Assembly: GCF_963853765.1 (NCBI RefSeq)
Contig: NC_088855.1
Location: 13,764,001-13,828,000 of the forward strand
Length of the DNA stretch: 64,000 nt
Reading direction: 5' to 3'
Source: Magallana gigas
Taxonomy: Eukaryota
Part shown: piece by piece, positions 1 through 24,640 of the stretch
Layout of the letters: each line of letters starts with the position of its first letter
Position numbering within the stretch: the stretch's first letter is position 1
Translations under genes and position numbers: made by a program
The notes under the pieces: generated by a model
The model's input: only the letters and a program-made list of their open reading frames with translations
What the model was told of the DNA's origin: nothing
Database searches by the model: none

Positions 1-261
1 GGTGTCAATTTCAACTGTTATCCTACCAAACAGGCACTATTTATTTTGTTATACTGAATGTTTTAATTTTAAAGAAAACTTAACTGCTTTTACATAGGAA
101 TAACGTGAATTCTACAGCGAACCGTACGCGCATAATTTTCGCGCATGTAATATTTTTTAATGTTACCCGTTGCTAAGTGCGTTACTAACGCTGAGGGTAA
201 TATAAAATATTATTAACTGCGTCTTAACCAATCAGATTTCAGTATTTAACATGAAAGTATA

Positions 262-850
262 ACAATGTATCATATGATACAATATAATTTGATACAACAT
301 TGTATCGTATCAAATGATACAATATTATGTGATAAAGTAAAATATTATATAAAACAATATTATATTATACATATTGTATCATATAATACAATATTATATC
401 TTACAATATCATACAATTCAATTTCATGTGATGTGATAATATATCATATTATAAACCAATATCATATAATACAATATCGTATGATACGATATTATATAAT
501 ATTACAGTATCATATTATACAATTTCATGTGATATAATTCTATATTACCGAAACTAATATCATATCATACAATATCATATGATACAATAATAAAGAATAT
601 ACAATATTGTATCATAGGATACAATATTATATTTTGCAATATTTTATGTAATAGTGTCATGTGATAAATTAATAATACAATATAATATTATACAATATTG
701 TATCATAGTATACAAAACTATACATTACGATATCATGATACAATATCATAACATAAAATATCAAAAAAATTGATACAATATCATATCGTATCATATAACT
801 TTTTATAATATTACATATGATATTATATTGTATCATATTAAACAATATTG
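262..850. repeat. AT-rich degenerate minisatellite / low-complexity tract
   Basis: Built from reiterated ATATCAT, TGATACAAT and TTGTATCAT motifs in both orientations; the overlapping ORF is compositionally biased (Y/I/H). Confidence 0.8.
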
Positions 851-949
851 TTTTATACCATACAATACTATATCAAAGGAATCATGTTATATCATTTATC
901 AACAAACACATCTATCTATCGAGCAGGTTTGAGCGAGATTTCTTTAGGA

Positions 950-2101
950 GATTTCTTTAGCATCCTTGATAATGGAGATCAGGCTCTGCATCTGAAGCAA
1001 CCTCTGTGTTTCATCTATAATATAGTTAAATCAACTATGCAAGCTATCATCTATAAAACATGTGACCTGTTAAAAAAAAACTAAACCTCATCCAGCATCC
1101 GAAACCTATGGCTCAGATTCAGCATTCAAGCCTGTCAGGTGCATCAGTATACATAAGACGCATCTCCATGCAAGTTTGGTGAAGTTCAGACCAGTAATAA
1201 CTAAGATATATTTTTTAGCATCCTTGATAATGGAGATCAAGCTCTGCATCTGAAGCTTCCTCTGTGATTCATTCATATTACAGTTTAATCAACTATGCAA
1301 GTTTGAAATAGTACTATTATCTATTAAACATGTGACCTGTTCCAAAAAACTTAACCATATCCAGCATCCGAAACCTTTTGCTCAGATTCAACATTCAGGC
1401 CTGTCAGGTGCATCAGTATCATAAGACGCACCATCCATAGAAGTCTGGTGAAGTTAGGACAAGTAATAACTAAGATATAATCATCAGAGGGCACCTGTTT
1501 CAAAAACTTTAACCAACTCTAAAAACCTTAACCTCCTCCAGCATCCGAAACCTTTAGCTCAGATTCAGCACTCAAGCTTGTCAGGTGCATCAGTATCATA
1601 AGGCGCACCATCCATGCAAGTTTGGTGAAGTAAGGACCAGCAGTAACTTAGATATTGCTATCAAAGGGCACCTGCAACAAAAACTTTAACCTGCTCCAAA
1701 AACCTTAACCTCCTCCAGCATCCGAAACCTTAAACTCAGATTCAGCACTCAAGCCTGTCTGGTGCATCAGTATCATAAGACACACCTTCCATGCAAGTTT
1801 GGTGAAGTACGGACCTGCAGTAACTTAGATATTGCTATCAAAGGGCACCTGCAACAAAAACTTTAACCTGGTCCAACAACCTTAACCTCCTCCAGCATCT
1901 GAAATTTAGGACTCAGATTCAGCATCCAAGTCTTTGAAGTCCATAAGTAGGTCCAGATGCATCATCCATGCAAGTTTGGTGAAGATAGGACAAGTAATAG
2001 CTTAGATACAGGACCTGCAACAAAAACTTTAACCAGGTCCGGACGCCGACGCCGACGGTATAGCATAAGCTCCCCCTGACTTCGTCTCGGTGAGCTAAAA
2101 A
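950..2101 (-). mobile_element. Non-autonomous Helitron/Helentron-like element with central tandem repeats
   Basis: CCAGCATCYGAAA recurs at 1092, 1361, 1538, 1715 and 1892 (spacing 269, 177, 177, 177). The right end has a GACGCC microsatellite (2042-2057) and an AGCTC...GAGCT hairpin (2068-2096); the minus strand begins TTTTAGCTCACC. This layout matches bivalve HINE/Helitron-N elements (family assignment from recall). Confidence 0.65.
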
Positions 2102-2328
2102 GCAATGCAGAAATCCGTACGTGTCAAGCATACACAGGACAGTAAGGTCCACTCCTTGTTCTTCTGGGGCTTCCCTTTCTTTGGTAGAGACTGGTATTTC
2201 TTGTAACACAATTCAGCCACTTTGTCTGCAAACCTTTCATCAAGTTCCATCTTCTTCTGGCTTTAAACCTATCACATTGACAAGATATGAAAATTACCAT
2301 TGTTATAGAAAAGGAGAAATGCAGACAA

Positions 2329-2386
2329 CTTGGCTGGAACCCAAGACATTTCGGTTTAAAAACAAATGCCCTACCGACTGAGCTGA
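2329..2386 (-). other. tRNA-Lys(TTT)-like relic (SINE head or tRNA pseudogene fragment)
   Basis: Minus strand reads AGCTCAGTCGGTAGGGCATTTGTTTTTAAACCGAAATGTCTTGGGTTCCAGC: A box, TTTTTAA anticodon-loop-like segment and degenerate B box. No intact acceptor stem. Confidence 0.5.
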
Positions 2387-2635
2387 AGGGTTAAGTGGTA
2401 GAAGGTATGGTGTTCTGATAGGGCCACTTCGACCTTCGGTTTTTTTGCCTTTCAAGCAAAAATGTAAAATATGCCTCAGAATCTGCCACCCGTCAAAACC
2501 AATTAGATCTATCCCTTAAAACCATCCCCCCCCCCCCCCCCCCCCAACAACTGTTGAAAATAAATTTTCAAAATTTCGTCTTCTGCCTCAGATGTCATTT
2601 TATTAGGGTGAACTCGAAAGTACAAAGGTGCAAAG

Positions 2636-2750
2636 GTGAGAGTGCGAAGTTGCATAGGCAAAGGAGGGATAGTGTTATCGCTCCTTCGCATCTTTGTGCT
2701 TTGCATCTTCACACTCGCACCTATGCAACTTTGCAGCTCTCCCATCTTCG
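2636..2750. repeat. Imperfect fold-back repeat (MITE-like)
   Basis: AAGGTGAGAGTGCGAAGTTGCATAGG is imperfectly inverted at CCTATGCAACTTTGCAGCTCTCCCATCTT. Confidence 0.45.
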
Positions 2751-4789
2751 CCCTAAAGGTGAATGTGCAAAGTTTGAAGTGGCCCCATCAGAACATCATA
2801 AGATGGAGCATGACACTACTGGTAAATCTCTTATACATACACTCTCTTTCCCCTTTCCTTTTGAGATTTCTAAGTAGAAATCTCACACAAGCCTCTTCAA
2901 TCCACTCACTTGTATTATTTTGTTCACCAATGCAATAGGAGGAATGACCACAATTCAGGTATAAACAGGCTAGGCTAAAAGGTTAACACGTAGTTAGTTT
3001 GTACCCAGGGGCTCGTCACAAACTTTCTGCATACTTACTTTTTGACCACCCCTATACTATATTTTGTTTTATAATATTGTTTATTTTATTTGTTAATTTT
3101 TTTTTATTGTGTATTCTATAGTCATTAGTGTATGGGTGGTAAAAAAAAAAAAAAAAGAACTTAAGGAGCAAAATAGTTTGGGGCGTGCCTCTTTGGTTTG
3201 TGCAAGTAGGAAACTATCATGTAAATATAATACTTAGTATCACACTGTTTAAACATAACTGAAGAGATTTACCCTTGATTTTCAGGTTGGGACCAATGTA
3301 CATATAAGGACGTACTAGATCTAATGTTTTAGAGATAAAATACCCAATGCAAGATAATATAAGAATCAAGATTTACAATACAAAATGTCCCCAGAAAAAC
3401 TCAATATTAAAATGTTTCGTTTTGAATTTGAGGAAATTCTGGACGCTCCACATCTTAAAACGGTGTCGTGAAATACCAACAGAGTAAATTTAAAGTACGG
3501 AATATGTATTACTAAAACAAGCTTTTATTCATATCACTTAAATGTACGAAAGGAGAAATTTGCCCGTGAGCTTCACAGATTACCTACCATGAAAAGTCAG
3601 TCCAGCATGTTTACATCAACACAAAAGAGTGTTAGTAAGGGCAACAACTCCAAACATCTGCTGTGTAATTTATTTTGCAGAAATCTCAAATTATTTTCAA
3701 ATGTACAATAGTAATTCTAATGCTGAAAGCAAAATTAGAAAGAAAAAAATCATCAACAACAAATCTTTGAAAAAAAAACGTACATAATAAGGTGTATTGT
3801 CAAAGTATTAGTTAGACATTTTTGAAAATTAGTTATTATTTAAAATTACTTTGTATAACATCTCATTATTTGTAATTTCAACAAACATTTACAATATTAG
3901 TTATGTTGATTTTGCCATTTCAAGAAACTTAGCTTTTTTCAGATACAAGTCAAAATGATACAATTCATAAACTGATATGAAAATGCAAATACTTATTACC
4001 ATACAATATATTTACTGTAACCTACTATACATACATGTACATGTTCCAAAACATTTGCCAATTTAATGCATATTAATATAATTTATATTAATAAATTATT
4101 CCTTTTTGTTGAAAAAAAAACCTCAAAGCTATATTTAACATAATTATATCATACCACATATTTTAAAAGACTTTAAAATACTCTTGACCAAAATAACTAC
4201 AGTGTTTACAAATAAATAACAAATTTTGATAAATTAATACTTCATATTCTTAAAAATATCTACTAGAGTGTTCTTTCTTTTCTGCAATGTTCAACCAAAA
4301 CAATGTGTATATGCAAACAATCAGTTATATATGCCCTGCTGAACAATATGAATGACAAATGAAAGTAAAACAAAGTACACCCATTTATACAATGTAATTT
4401 GTTTTCTTGATTGGTTTCAATAAAACAAATCCATTCAAGTACAAGCACAACATACACATGTAAATACCGGTAATTAAATATAAATTATCAAAAAATTAAG
4501 AAATCCTACAAATTAAGAAGAATAATTTATTTTCTTCTGAAAATCAGAAATGATCCTAATATTATTAAATCTTACAATGTTTAAATATTCTTAACTTAAT
4601 AAATAAATAAAAAAAAAAAATTATTCATTGACTACCAAAAGCAGTTGATATAACTAGTTGATTTGACAGTTTCTACCGGTAGTTGTGCAATTAACATACA
4701 TGTATTTTCATTTTACAAATAAAACATGATGGACGATTAAATGAAACAAAAAAATTAACAACTGGGGAACTGGAAACACAGAAGAAAGT

Positions 4790-9577
<4,788 letters not shown>

Positions 9578-10078
9578 CTTCCTTCGTTACTTGTTTGCTG
9601 TTAAAATAATGTAAACAATGGCAGGTGACTTTTATATGTCTGTCAAACTATGGAGGTGAGCGACTTCCTTTATGACGTCATAGAGAGATCTACTAAAAAC
9701 AGGGAAAACATATGTTTCACATTTGCGACAACAGTACAAGAATAAAATTTTATAGGCCTAATATTTTTTTCAACAACAAGAAACACAATTTGAGTCAAAA
9801 AATCATTTATCATAACCAAAAGAAATTTCATCGAATAGATAAATTAATGTTGAACGAAATGACATATCAGAAAAATATGACATTTATATTTGAAATATTG
9901 TGAATCACAACGGACTTCTTGAATGACTGTGATGTTAAGAAAAAAGATGAGAAAATTTCTCAGTTATTAAAATTTATACTTTTTTACTTTTTTATTAATC
10001 ATATATGCATGGATCCTATTGGTGTGATTATGAGACTTTACTGTTATTAGTAAAACCAACAACGACCTGCTAACGAAA
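9578..10078. promoter_or_regulatory. Probable bidirectional promoter of GABARAPL2 and PRPF4B
   Basis: Start codons are divergent and 501 bp apart. Perfect palindrome TATGACGTCATA (CRE/ATF) at 9671-9682, ETS core ACTTCC at 9663-9668, and YY1-type AAAATGGCG over the PRPF4B ATG (10076-10084). Confidence 0.65.
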
Positions 10079-17027
<6,949 letters not shown>

Positions 17028-18061
17028 TCAAAGACTGTATGTCTAGTGAGGGTATAGGTTGTCGTGAGTGAATGCACACTAAACCTGTGTAATGATAGGC
17101 TCATAAATACTGGCCTATACATAGGGGACATATTAGGGGAGAGGAAAAAATTGATAGCACAATGTGCTGGAATTGTACAGATTTGTTTGTACATGAACTC
17201 CGTGATTTGTGAGCGTTATTGCCAGAATGCTTGTACGGAATTACAAAAAGAGACTTAATGTTTTGACTATTTTATTGCGATTTTTGTATAAAAAAATTAT
17301 TGTCGAGACTGTATGTGATGTGTTTTACATTTCAGTATGAGCTACAAGCCTAGGGGCTCAATGCCCCACAGACAGGAAAACTCTTTTGTATATAAGGTAA
17401 CCATACTGAACTCCGCTGACTGTGCAGTCATCTCTGTAACATTCATGTGTTTTTATTTGACATACTGTAGGTAAAATAGGTAAGAAAAGTTCCAATTTTA
17501 TCTTAACAACAATTTAAAAACAGTCATTTCAAGAACGTTTACTTTATTTTCAGTTTTTTCTTCAGAGGTCATTATTGTGTAAATTTGTATGTCAGTATGT
17601 ACACAATTTAAAATTCAAAACTATTATTTCATAATTGTATTGTATTCAAAGATATTGAATATTTGAATAAATTTAGTTTGCTCTAAAAATATATTTCTAA
17701 AAAGATTTTGGAACTTGTTTTGTTCCAGACATGATGGTATAAATACAGAAAAGTTTGATCCTGATTGTGATAACTTCAGCTCATGTGTCAAAGATAAGTG
17801 AAAACCAAGATGCTGCACTTTGATTCAATTTTTTCAAATGATAGGAAAAAAAACATATTTCCTCTTCATTTGTTTCCTCTAGCCCCAATGCATAAAAATC
17901 TTTTCTTACATTTATATATTTGCCAAGATATTAGGGGAAAAAATATCAGATATATTAGATATATTATAGGAAAAAAATAAGATATATGACTTTTTTTTTT
18001 GGTATATGTTTTGATTTCCATGTTTTGTCTTTGTTATGTATTGATTTCTTTGTAGTTTTGA

Positions 18062-18067
18062 AATAAA
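18062..18067 (+). terminator. Candidate polyadenylation signal of PRPF4B
   Basis: AATAAA about 1 kb after the stop, next to T/GT-rich sequence; position-based guess only. Confidence 0.35.
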
Positions 18068-19178
18068 TATCTGATGTCAATGTTTCTCTTCACTTAGGCC
18101 TTAACAGCACAGTTAAGAAAGCCTGCTGGGTAGCACACAGGGGTTTTATGTGGTAATAATTGTTTCTTGATTACTTTCAATTGATTGTTGTCAGATTAGT
18201 TGTCTAATTAGATTTTTTTTTTATTACCCTCTTCTTTTTTTGACCTACATCCGACAAAGACATGCAGACAAATTGTCAATTTTGTATTAGACAATGAGAT
18301 ATTATTCAATCACTGTGTGCTAAGAGATCTATTCCTAAATAAGTTGCTTTTCTCTTTGCATCTTGTATCTGAGAGAGATGAGACACATCTCATTGTGACA
18401 AGACCAGCGAGTTGAAAGCTGAGATCAGGCTGGCAACTGGACAATGGAGGAATTATCATCTCGGCTCACGTAAATTGCAAACAATCATGTATGGCAAACC
18501 CTACTGTTGAAAACTGAAATACACTTCTCAGGGTTCATGGCTTTTATGCCAAAATTGAGAACAGCAATAAAAAGCCCTGCTTTGTTGGAAAATAAATGAC
18601 ACTTTTTGATTTCTTCACCTAAAAGTGGTGAAATCCTAATGGATTAATATTTCAGAGGGAAATAATAAATACGATTTCCAAAGAACATATGGTAAAGGTT
18701 TAAAAAAAATTTGGTAAAGTGTCTGTGTATTTATTCAGTGTCGATTAGAATAGAATTTGATGAGAGAAAAAGTATCAATTAACACTTTGATATCTGTTGG
18801 GTGTTTTGAAGTAAGTATAAATCTTGCTGGTTCTAATAAGAAATCGGATTTGATATTTATAATGAAATACTTCTCTGTCTTCCAGATAAGAAGCCCAGTC
18901 ATAAGAAGAGGAAATGCATATCAAGGTTATAAACCAATCAAGTAGTAAAGCATGTTATAATGCTTTTGAAGAAATTACAGGTGCCCACCAATAAAAAAAA
19001 AACCCCAGAAAAAATCAATGTTATTGAGAATCAATTTCTTACTTAAGTTACCCTTTCTTTATTAAATGATGTTGACATATTTTGAAGAATTACATATATA
19101 TGATTAGTATTTGGCTATGTAATAATGTGTCGCATAGGACAAAATAACACTGATGTGCATCCAATCAAAAATTGAAGG

Positions 19179-19182
<4 letters not shown>

Positions 19183-19218
<36 letters not shown>
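19183..19218. repeat. (CT)n microsatellite
   Basis: Direct inspection. Confidence 0.95.
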
Positions 19219-19226
<8 letters not shown>

Positions 19227-20353
19227 TTATATAAAATCTAGCTATCTATCTTCAAGATAGAAAAAAAGATAGATAGCATTAAGGTGAAAATGATACTATT
19301 TAATATATACATGTTGATGCTATTATGCTATATAGAAAGTATTTTTGATAAATTTATCAGAAAGTTAAATTGGCCAACAAATATATTTCAGGTTTGCTTT
19401 TGGTTCACTCTATTCAATTGGTTTCTGATAAATTAATATAAAAATGATTTTGTTGGGGGTGGGATAAAATTTAACAGTTATTGTTGTATCTAATGAAGAT
19501 TTGATTAAAGTTGGTTTAATACCGAATCAGAAGAAAAGTGTTTGACCGTTTGTAGTGTTAATATTTAATTTACTGAAAGGTAAGGGAAATGGACTAAGTA
19601 ACATTTTTTCCAGATGCTTGTAAGCAAAGAGAGACTATAGCGTTTTTTGAACAATTTTTCTAGATACATGTATTTTTTATTTCAGGTAAGCCTTTTAACA
19701 TACTTTGTGAATTTAAATTGGACTCTTCAAGGACATATTGATGGGCCAGATGATTGCTTCATGTTAACTTCTGAGGGAATTGTGATGAACTTTAAATTTC
19801 TGATGTGGAATCAACAGCTCCAATCAAAATATATTTTAAAAAACAATTTTCAAATTACATGTAATAAATGATGAACTTGTAACCGTTTCTCCTTTATTTT
19901 CTACAGAATGATACTCTAAATACATTTTTCCCCATTTGTAAATACTTGAAAATAAATAATATCTTGTTGAACCCATGCTTGATTAAGCATTTGTTCGAAC
20001 AGTTCAAAAATATTTTATTTATATCAAGAGAAGTTAAATAAATTAAAAATGCATGAAATTAAAACAGACACTTGTCTACATCACACAATAATTTCAATGT
20101 AACTTGGATTTTACATATGCCTTTGTTTTACAATATTGGAGTAGACTCCAACGCAGAACAAGTGCGTAAACGTACATATTACTAGTTTATTGATTTGCAT
20201 TGTTGTAATAGCGCAAATGAAACCCTTTTGCAATCCATCAATCAATTTTCACCCTTTCCAATAAAATGAGGAAGTGTAAAGTGATTAAATAACGGTAACA
20301 GTCTACATCATATACATTAGAATAGCCTGTCGCTTACATATGTTTTTTTTTTT

Positions 20354-22932
20354 TTACAACGAATTAATTTTTAACTTATCCTCCATCTTCACCTTGAAGA
20401 CCCTCCGATAAATATCATCATCTCTCCATTCAACGTGATCACCAATCCTGACTTTAGAGTGAAGAAGTCTAGGTATCTCGGCAAAGGAAACATTACCTAC
20501 TGTAATAATGATTATATCGCTCAGCGACTTTCCTTTCAAATGTATTGCTTCTCCAATAAACAGATTAATTAGAGGATATGTTTTCAGATGTCTGGAAACG
20601 ACAATGATTATTTTTCTGCTTGTTTCCATGGTATCCACCATTGCTTTCATCATATCAGCGCTTCCCGGGGTGTCTCGATCGCCAAAGTATATCTTGTATT
20701 TTCCATGGTAGTTGTCATCTTCGTTTCCTTTGTCAAAGTCTGGTAAAAGATGCGTCTTTATCCACTCGTAGTCCTCGGGATACTCGGAGTATATGATACA
20801 GGCGTCGTATTCCATATAATTCAGATCTCTGTTCCTTCTACCAAAGCAACGAAAGAAGCGTTTCTTTGTCGTATACCAGTAAAATAGGATGTGCATGTGG
20901 TATAAGTAGGCACAAACATAAAGAATTGTAACCAAAAAAATGACACCGACAACGACTTTTGCAGGTACTTGGTTGCATTCAATCTTCGTCTCGTCAAACG
21001 ACATCAGTGGCTTGCCTTTCCAGTCTTGAGGAGAATGACATTGATATTTCTTCTTGTCCCTTACATTTGTCTTAGTTTTGTCGATCCATCTTCGAAACCA
21101 TCGAAGATCACACGTGCATGCAAATGGATTGTTGTTAAAGTTTATATCTGTCAACGATTCCAAGCCTTTCATACTTTCTTCATCTACGACAGAAATCATA
21201 TTATTTGAAAGGACTAAAGAGCGAAGCTGCTTAGCCCTGGATAAGATACTCCCGTCTAATCCAGGTATCCAATTGTCTTCTAAGTTCAAGATTTCTAGGT
21301 TAATCATGTCTCTAAACAAGCGAGAAGATAATGCATGAATTTGGTTGTTTGACAAATCTAGGATTTTGAGTGTATTTAACCCTGAAAATAATTTCCCCTC
21401 CGCATCATTTAGCAGAAATTTCCCTAGCTTGTTCCCTTTAAGCTGCAACTCCTGTAGAGATTTGAGGCTTGAAAACATTGTTATTGGTAAAAAGGAACAC
21501 CCATTATCGGATAGATTTAAATATTTCAGTGACGTCAATGACGAAAATGTTTTGGAAGAGTTTTGTATCGTTGTCAACCTGTTTTGTTGGAGTTGGAGCT
21601 TTGTTAGATTTGCTAAAGGTGCAAATAACTGTTTAGGAAGGGTGTTAATTCTGTTTCCATGCAACTGTAGGTCCTGCAGGTTAACAAGTCCAGAAAAAGC
21701 GCCTTTAAACAATGTTAATATCTTATTGTTGCCCAAGTGAAGGCGTTTCAAAAGAGTCAAATTTGAGAAAATGTTGTTGTTTAAAACGCCAACATTATTT
21801 TCAGCCATATAAAGAAACATTAAACGTTTTGGTAGGTTCGATGGAATATTTTCAATGAAATTATTGCTTAGTATGAGATTGTTAAGATTTTGTAATCCAC
21901 TGAAGGCGTCGTCGTGTATGTCACGAATTCCACAACTGCTCAAGTCCAAAGAGTTTAGTTGGGTCAAATTTTCAAAACTTTGAGCCGGAATTGTGTAAAA
22001 CTCGTTGAAACTGAGGTCAAGGGTTGACAAGTTCATACTTTTCAACCATCGAAAAGATGAAGATGGTACTATAATCCGTTGAAGTTCATGTTGGGAATAC
22101 TGAGCGAGTTCATAGGAGCCTGCTGTAACCCCTCCAATGCATTACATAGTTCACCGTCTGTAATAGGGTTTAATCCAAGTTTCAAAGATTGTAATTTTGA
22201 AAGTGGCAGAAAACTTTTATTCGAAATCTTAGTGATATTGTTTCTGGCAAGCTCAAACTTTCGAACGCTGCTTTGTTTTAAATTTTCGAAAGATTCTCCA
22301 TCCAGGTTTTGAATGTTGTTGTTGCTAAGTCCAATTCTTTTTAAATTTGTCATGTTCCTAAATACCAAATGAAAGGTACAGCTCCGAATAATATTTCCTT
22401 CTAAAATTAGATCTTGAAGCGATTCTAAATTCTGTAGAATTGGAATTTCTCGTAGTTTATTACCGCCAAGGTGCAAAAATTCCAAAGAGGTTTCTTCGAA
22501 AGATCTGGGATTTAACTCGGCAAGTTCATTATTTGTTAAAGTAATATTGACAAGCGATGATAGATTAAAGAATGTATCTGCTTTAATGACAGTTATCTTA
22601 TTATTTTCCAATCGTAAAGTTTGAAGTTTTGGAAGACACTCTCCAGAAAACGCAAATGGCGACAATGATGCGATACTGTTATTTTGCAACTGTAACTCGA
22701 CAAGATGAGGAAAAGCACAGAAATCATCCTTACCAATTGCATATAGTTGATTATTTCCGAGATATAATCTTTCCATGTTTGTTGGAAGCTTCTTTGGTAA
22801 TTCCAGTAGTTGTTTGTTCCTACAGTCGACAGCAGTTTTGGTGCAAGTACAGGAGGACGGACACGATGTCTTACCGATGACAAATAAAAGTTGTCTTAAA
22901 ACAAGAAACGTACATAATGTAATTTTGCACAT
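20354..22932 (-). pseudogene. Toll-like receptor A, frameshifted (287-aa signal+LRR ORF 22932-22069 plus out-of-frame LRR-TM-TIR ORF ending 20354)
   Basis: Colinear with TLR-B throughout. A reads GGATTATAGTACC where B reads GGAATAGTACC (net +2 nt), giving TAG at 22071-22069. Both parts are otherwise open: CPSSCTC cap, LRRs, NPFACTCDLRWF, TM, TIR. Confidence 0.8.
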
Positions 22933-24640
22933 GGTTAAGAAGACAGACTGACACGTGTACTGTGCCCAATCGATACTGCTTGTGGTTTTTCAGATTATGA
23001 ATTAAATACTATTCCTTATCAAGAAACTAGTTTACGAAGTTTAACAAGACACACACCTCTGCAAATGTTGATAATTTAGCTGACCGTTGTTATCTTTCAG
23101 ACGTGCATTTAGTATTGGGATCATTATTGGAAAACACACAGTTTTAATGGTCGAATCACGGGTTGCAGTTAATAAAAGAAGCGTTTTAATTGACCGATTT
23201 GGTCCTCGTCAGATGGTACCCCCCACTCTTACCTGCTTACGCGGTATTGGTAATTTATGCATCAACTGCCAGCTGTGACGTTTATTGACCAGGAGTTTTC
23301 ACGATAATCTCTTCATGTTTTTTATGTTGTAAACAATTGTCCAAACCACGTTGGTTAAACAGATTCCCGATTTCATCTTTCAACATAATGTTTCATCGAT
23401 AAATTCAATTATTTAATTTACAAGGCATCAATTTAAGTTGCGGCAGTATTTACTTATTTTGTTGTAGTTTACTCTAAAGAAGTCATAACAGATGCTGACA
23501 ATACATTACATAAATTGCATTTTATTGAACTTCAACCGGTCAATGGTACACTTTTTCAAGTGTGCATGTGTTTACAAACATACTCAAAACTTGAAATCTA
23601 CGGCACAAACGTGTCCAATTTTTGACTGATTTGTGATTTACTTCATTTAGTGGCTCTCTGTCTATAGAAACATTCATTCAATTTTAATACATGTACCTCA
23701 ATATTCATCAGACAATATTTACTACTGATTTTGACGCTTTATTTGCCACTGACTTTCTTTCAAACACGGTAATCTAACTCGGATTGTAAAATTCACGATG
23801 CAGACCGAGTCGTCATTTTGCACAGTTTTACATGTATATAAACAAACAACACTTCTTCATTTTAAACGGAGCTGGTGTCGGTGTTTCAAAGCTTTTCAAT
23901 ACATATTGATTGTTAGCAAATTTTACAGCAAGCGTTTTGTGAAAAAAACCCAGTCTGTTCAACTCAGTTACTGACGAATTTCTTCTTTACATAGGAGGTA
24001 AACATCGCCCGTTTGTTCTCAAATAACTCTGTAATTTTTATCTTGTGAGTACAACTTCATTTATTTATAAGCCCCCCCCCCCCCCCCCACACACATTTAA
24101 TTTGTTTCCAAGTGTTAGCGTCATGCAGGTTATCAACGTGCATTTGATAAATTTTATATAAATGCGCCAATCAGAATCTTTGTTGCGAATCGCGATTGAA
24201 ATACACTACGAAAGTGTCATCACTCAACGCAATGCTAAATCGGCCACATTTTATATTTTCATGTTAGACTTGCGTTTAAAGAAAGGACAAATGGTATTGC
24301 TTTGATTTTTATAAAAATGACATTTAATATATAAATATTTTTTATATACAATAATTGTAGAACAGTAGAAGAACGATGAACAATATGAATTCTTATAAAT
24401 ATAGCGTTGGTTTTTTTTATCATTCCGACAGTAAGTCTCTCAAAAAAATCATTTACAATCTATTTCTTCTATACTTCTCAATTGGGTAAATAATATATCA
24501 AAGTATATACATGGACACCAATTTTAAAGCATAACTTACTATTTTAGTTGAAAAGCATAATATAACGAAAATGTCACTAATTTGAAACTCAAGGTTTAAC
24601 AAGCAACAATCTTGATCTGGCATCTTGGTATTCAATTACA

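Noticed and set aside
265-537. 90-aa ORF
   Set aside because: Translation of a low-complexity AT-rich minisatellite.
950-2101. CRISPR-like regular repeats (also 51260-51745)
   Set aside because: Whole units repeat with no unique spacers and no cas genes; eukaryotic context.
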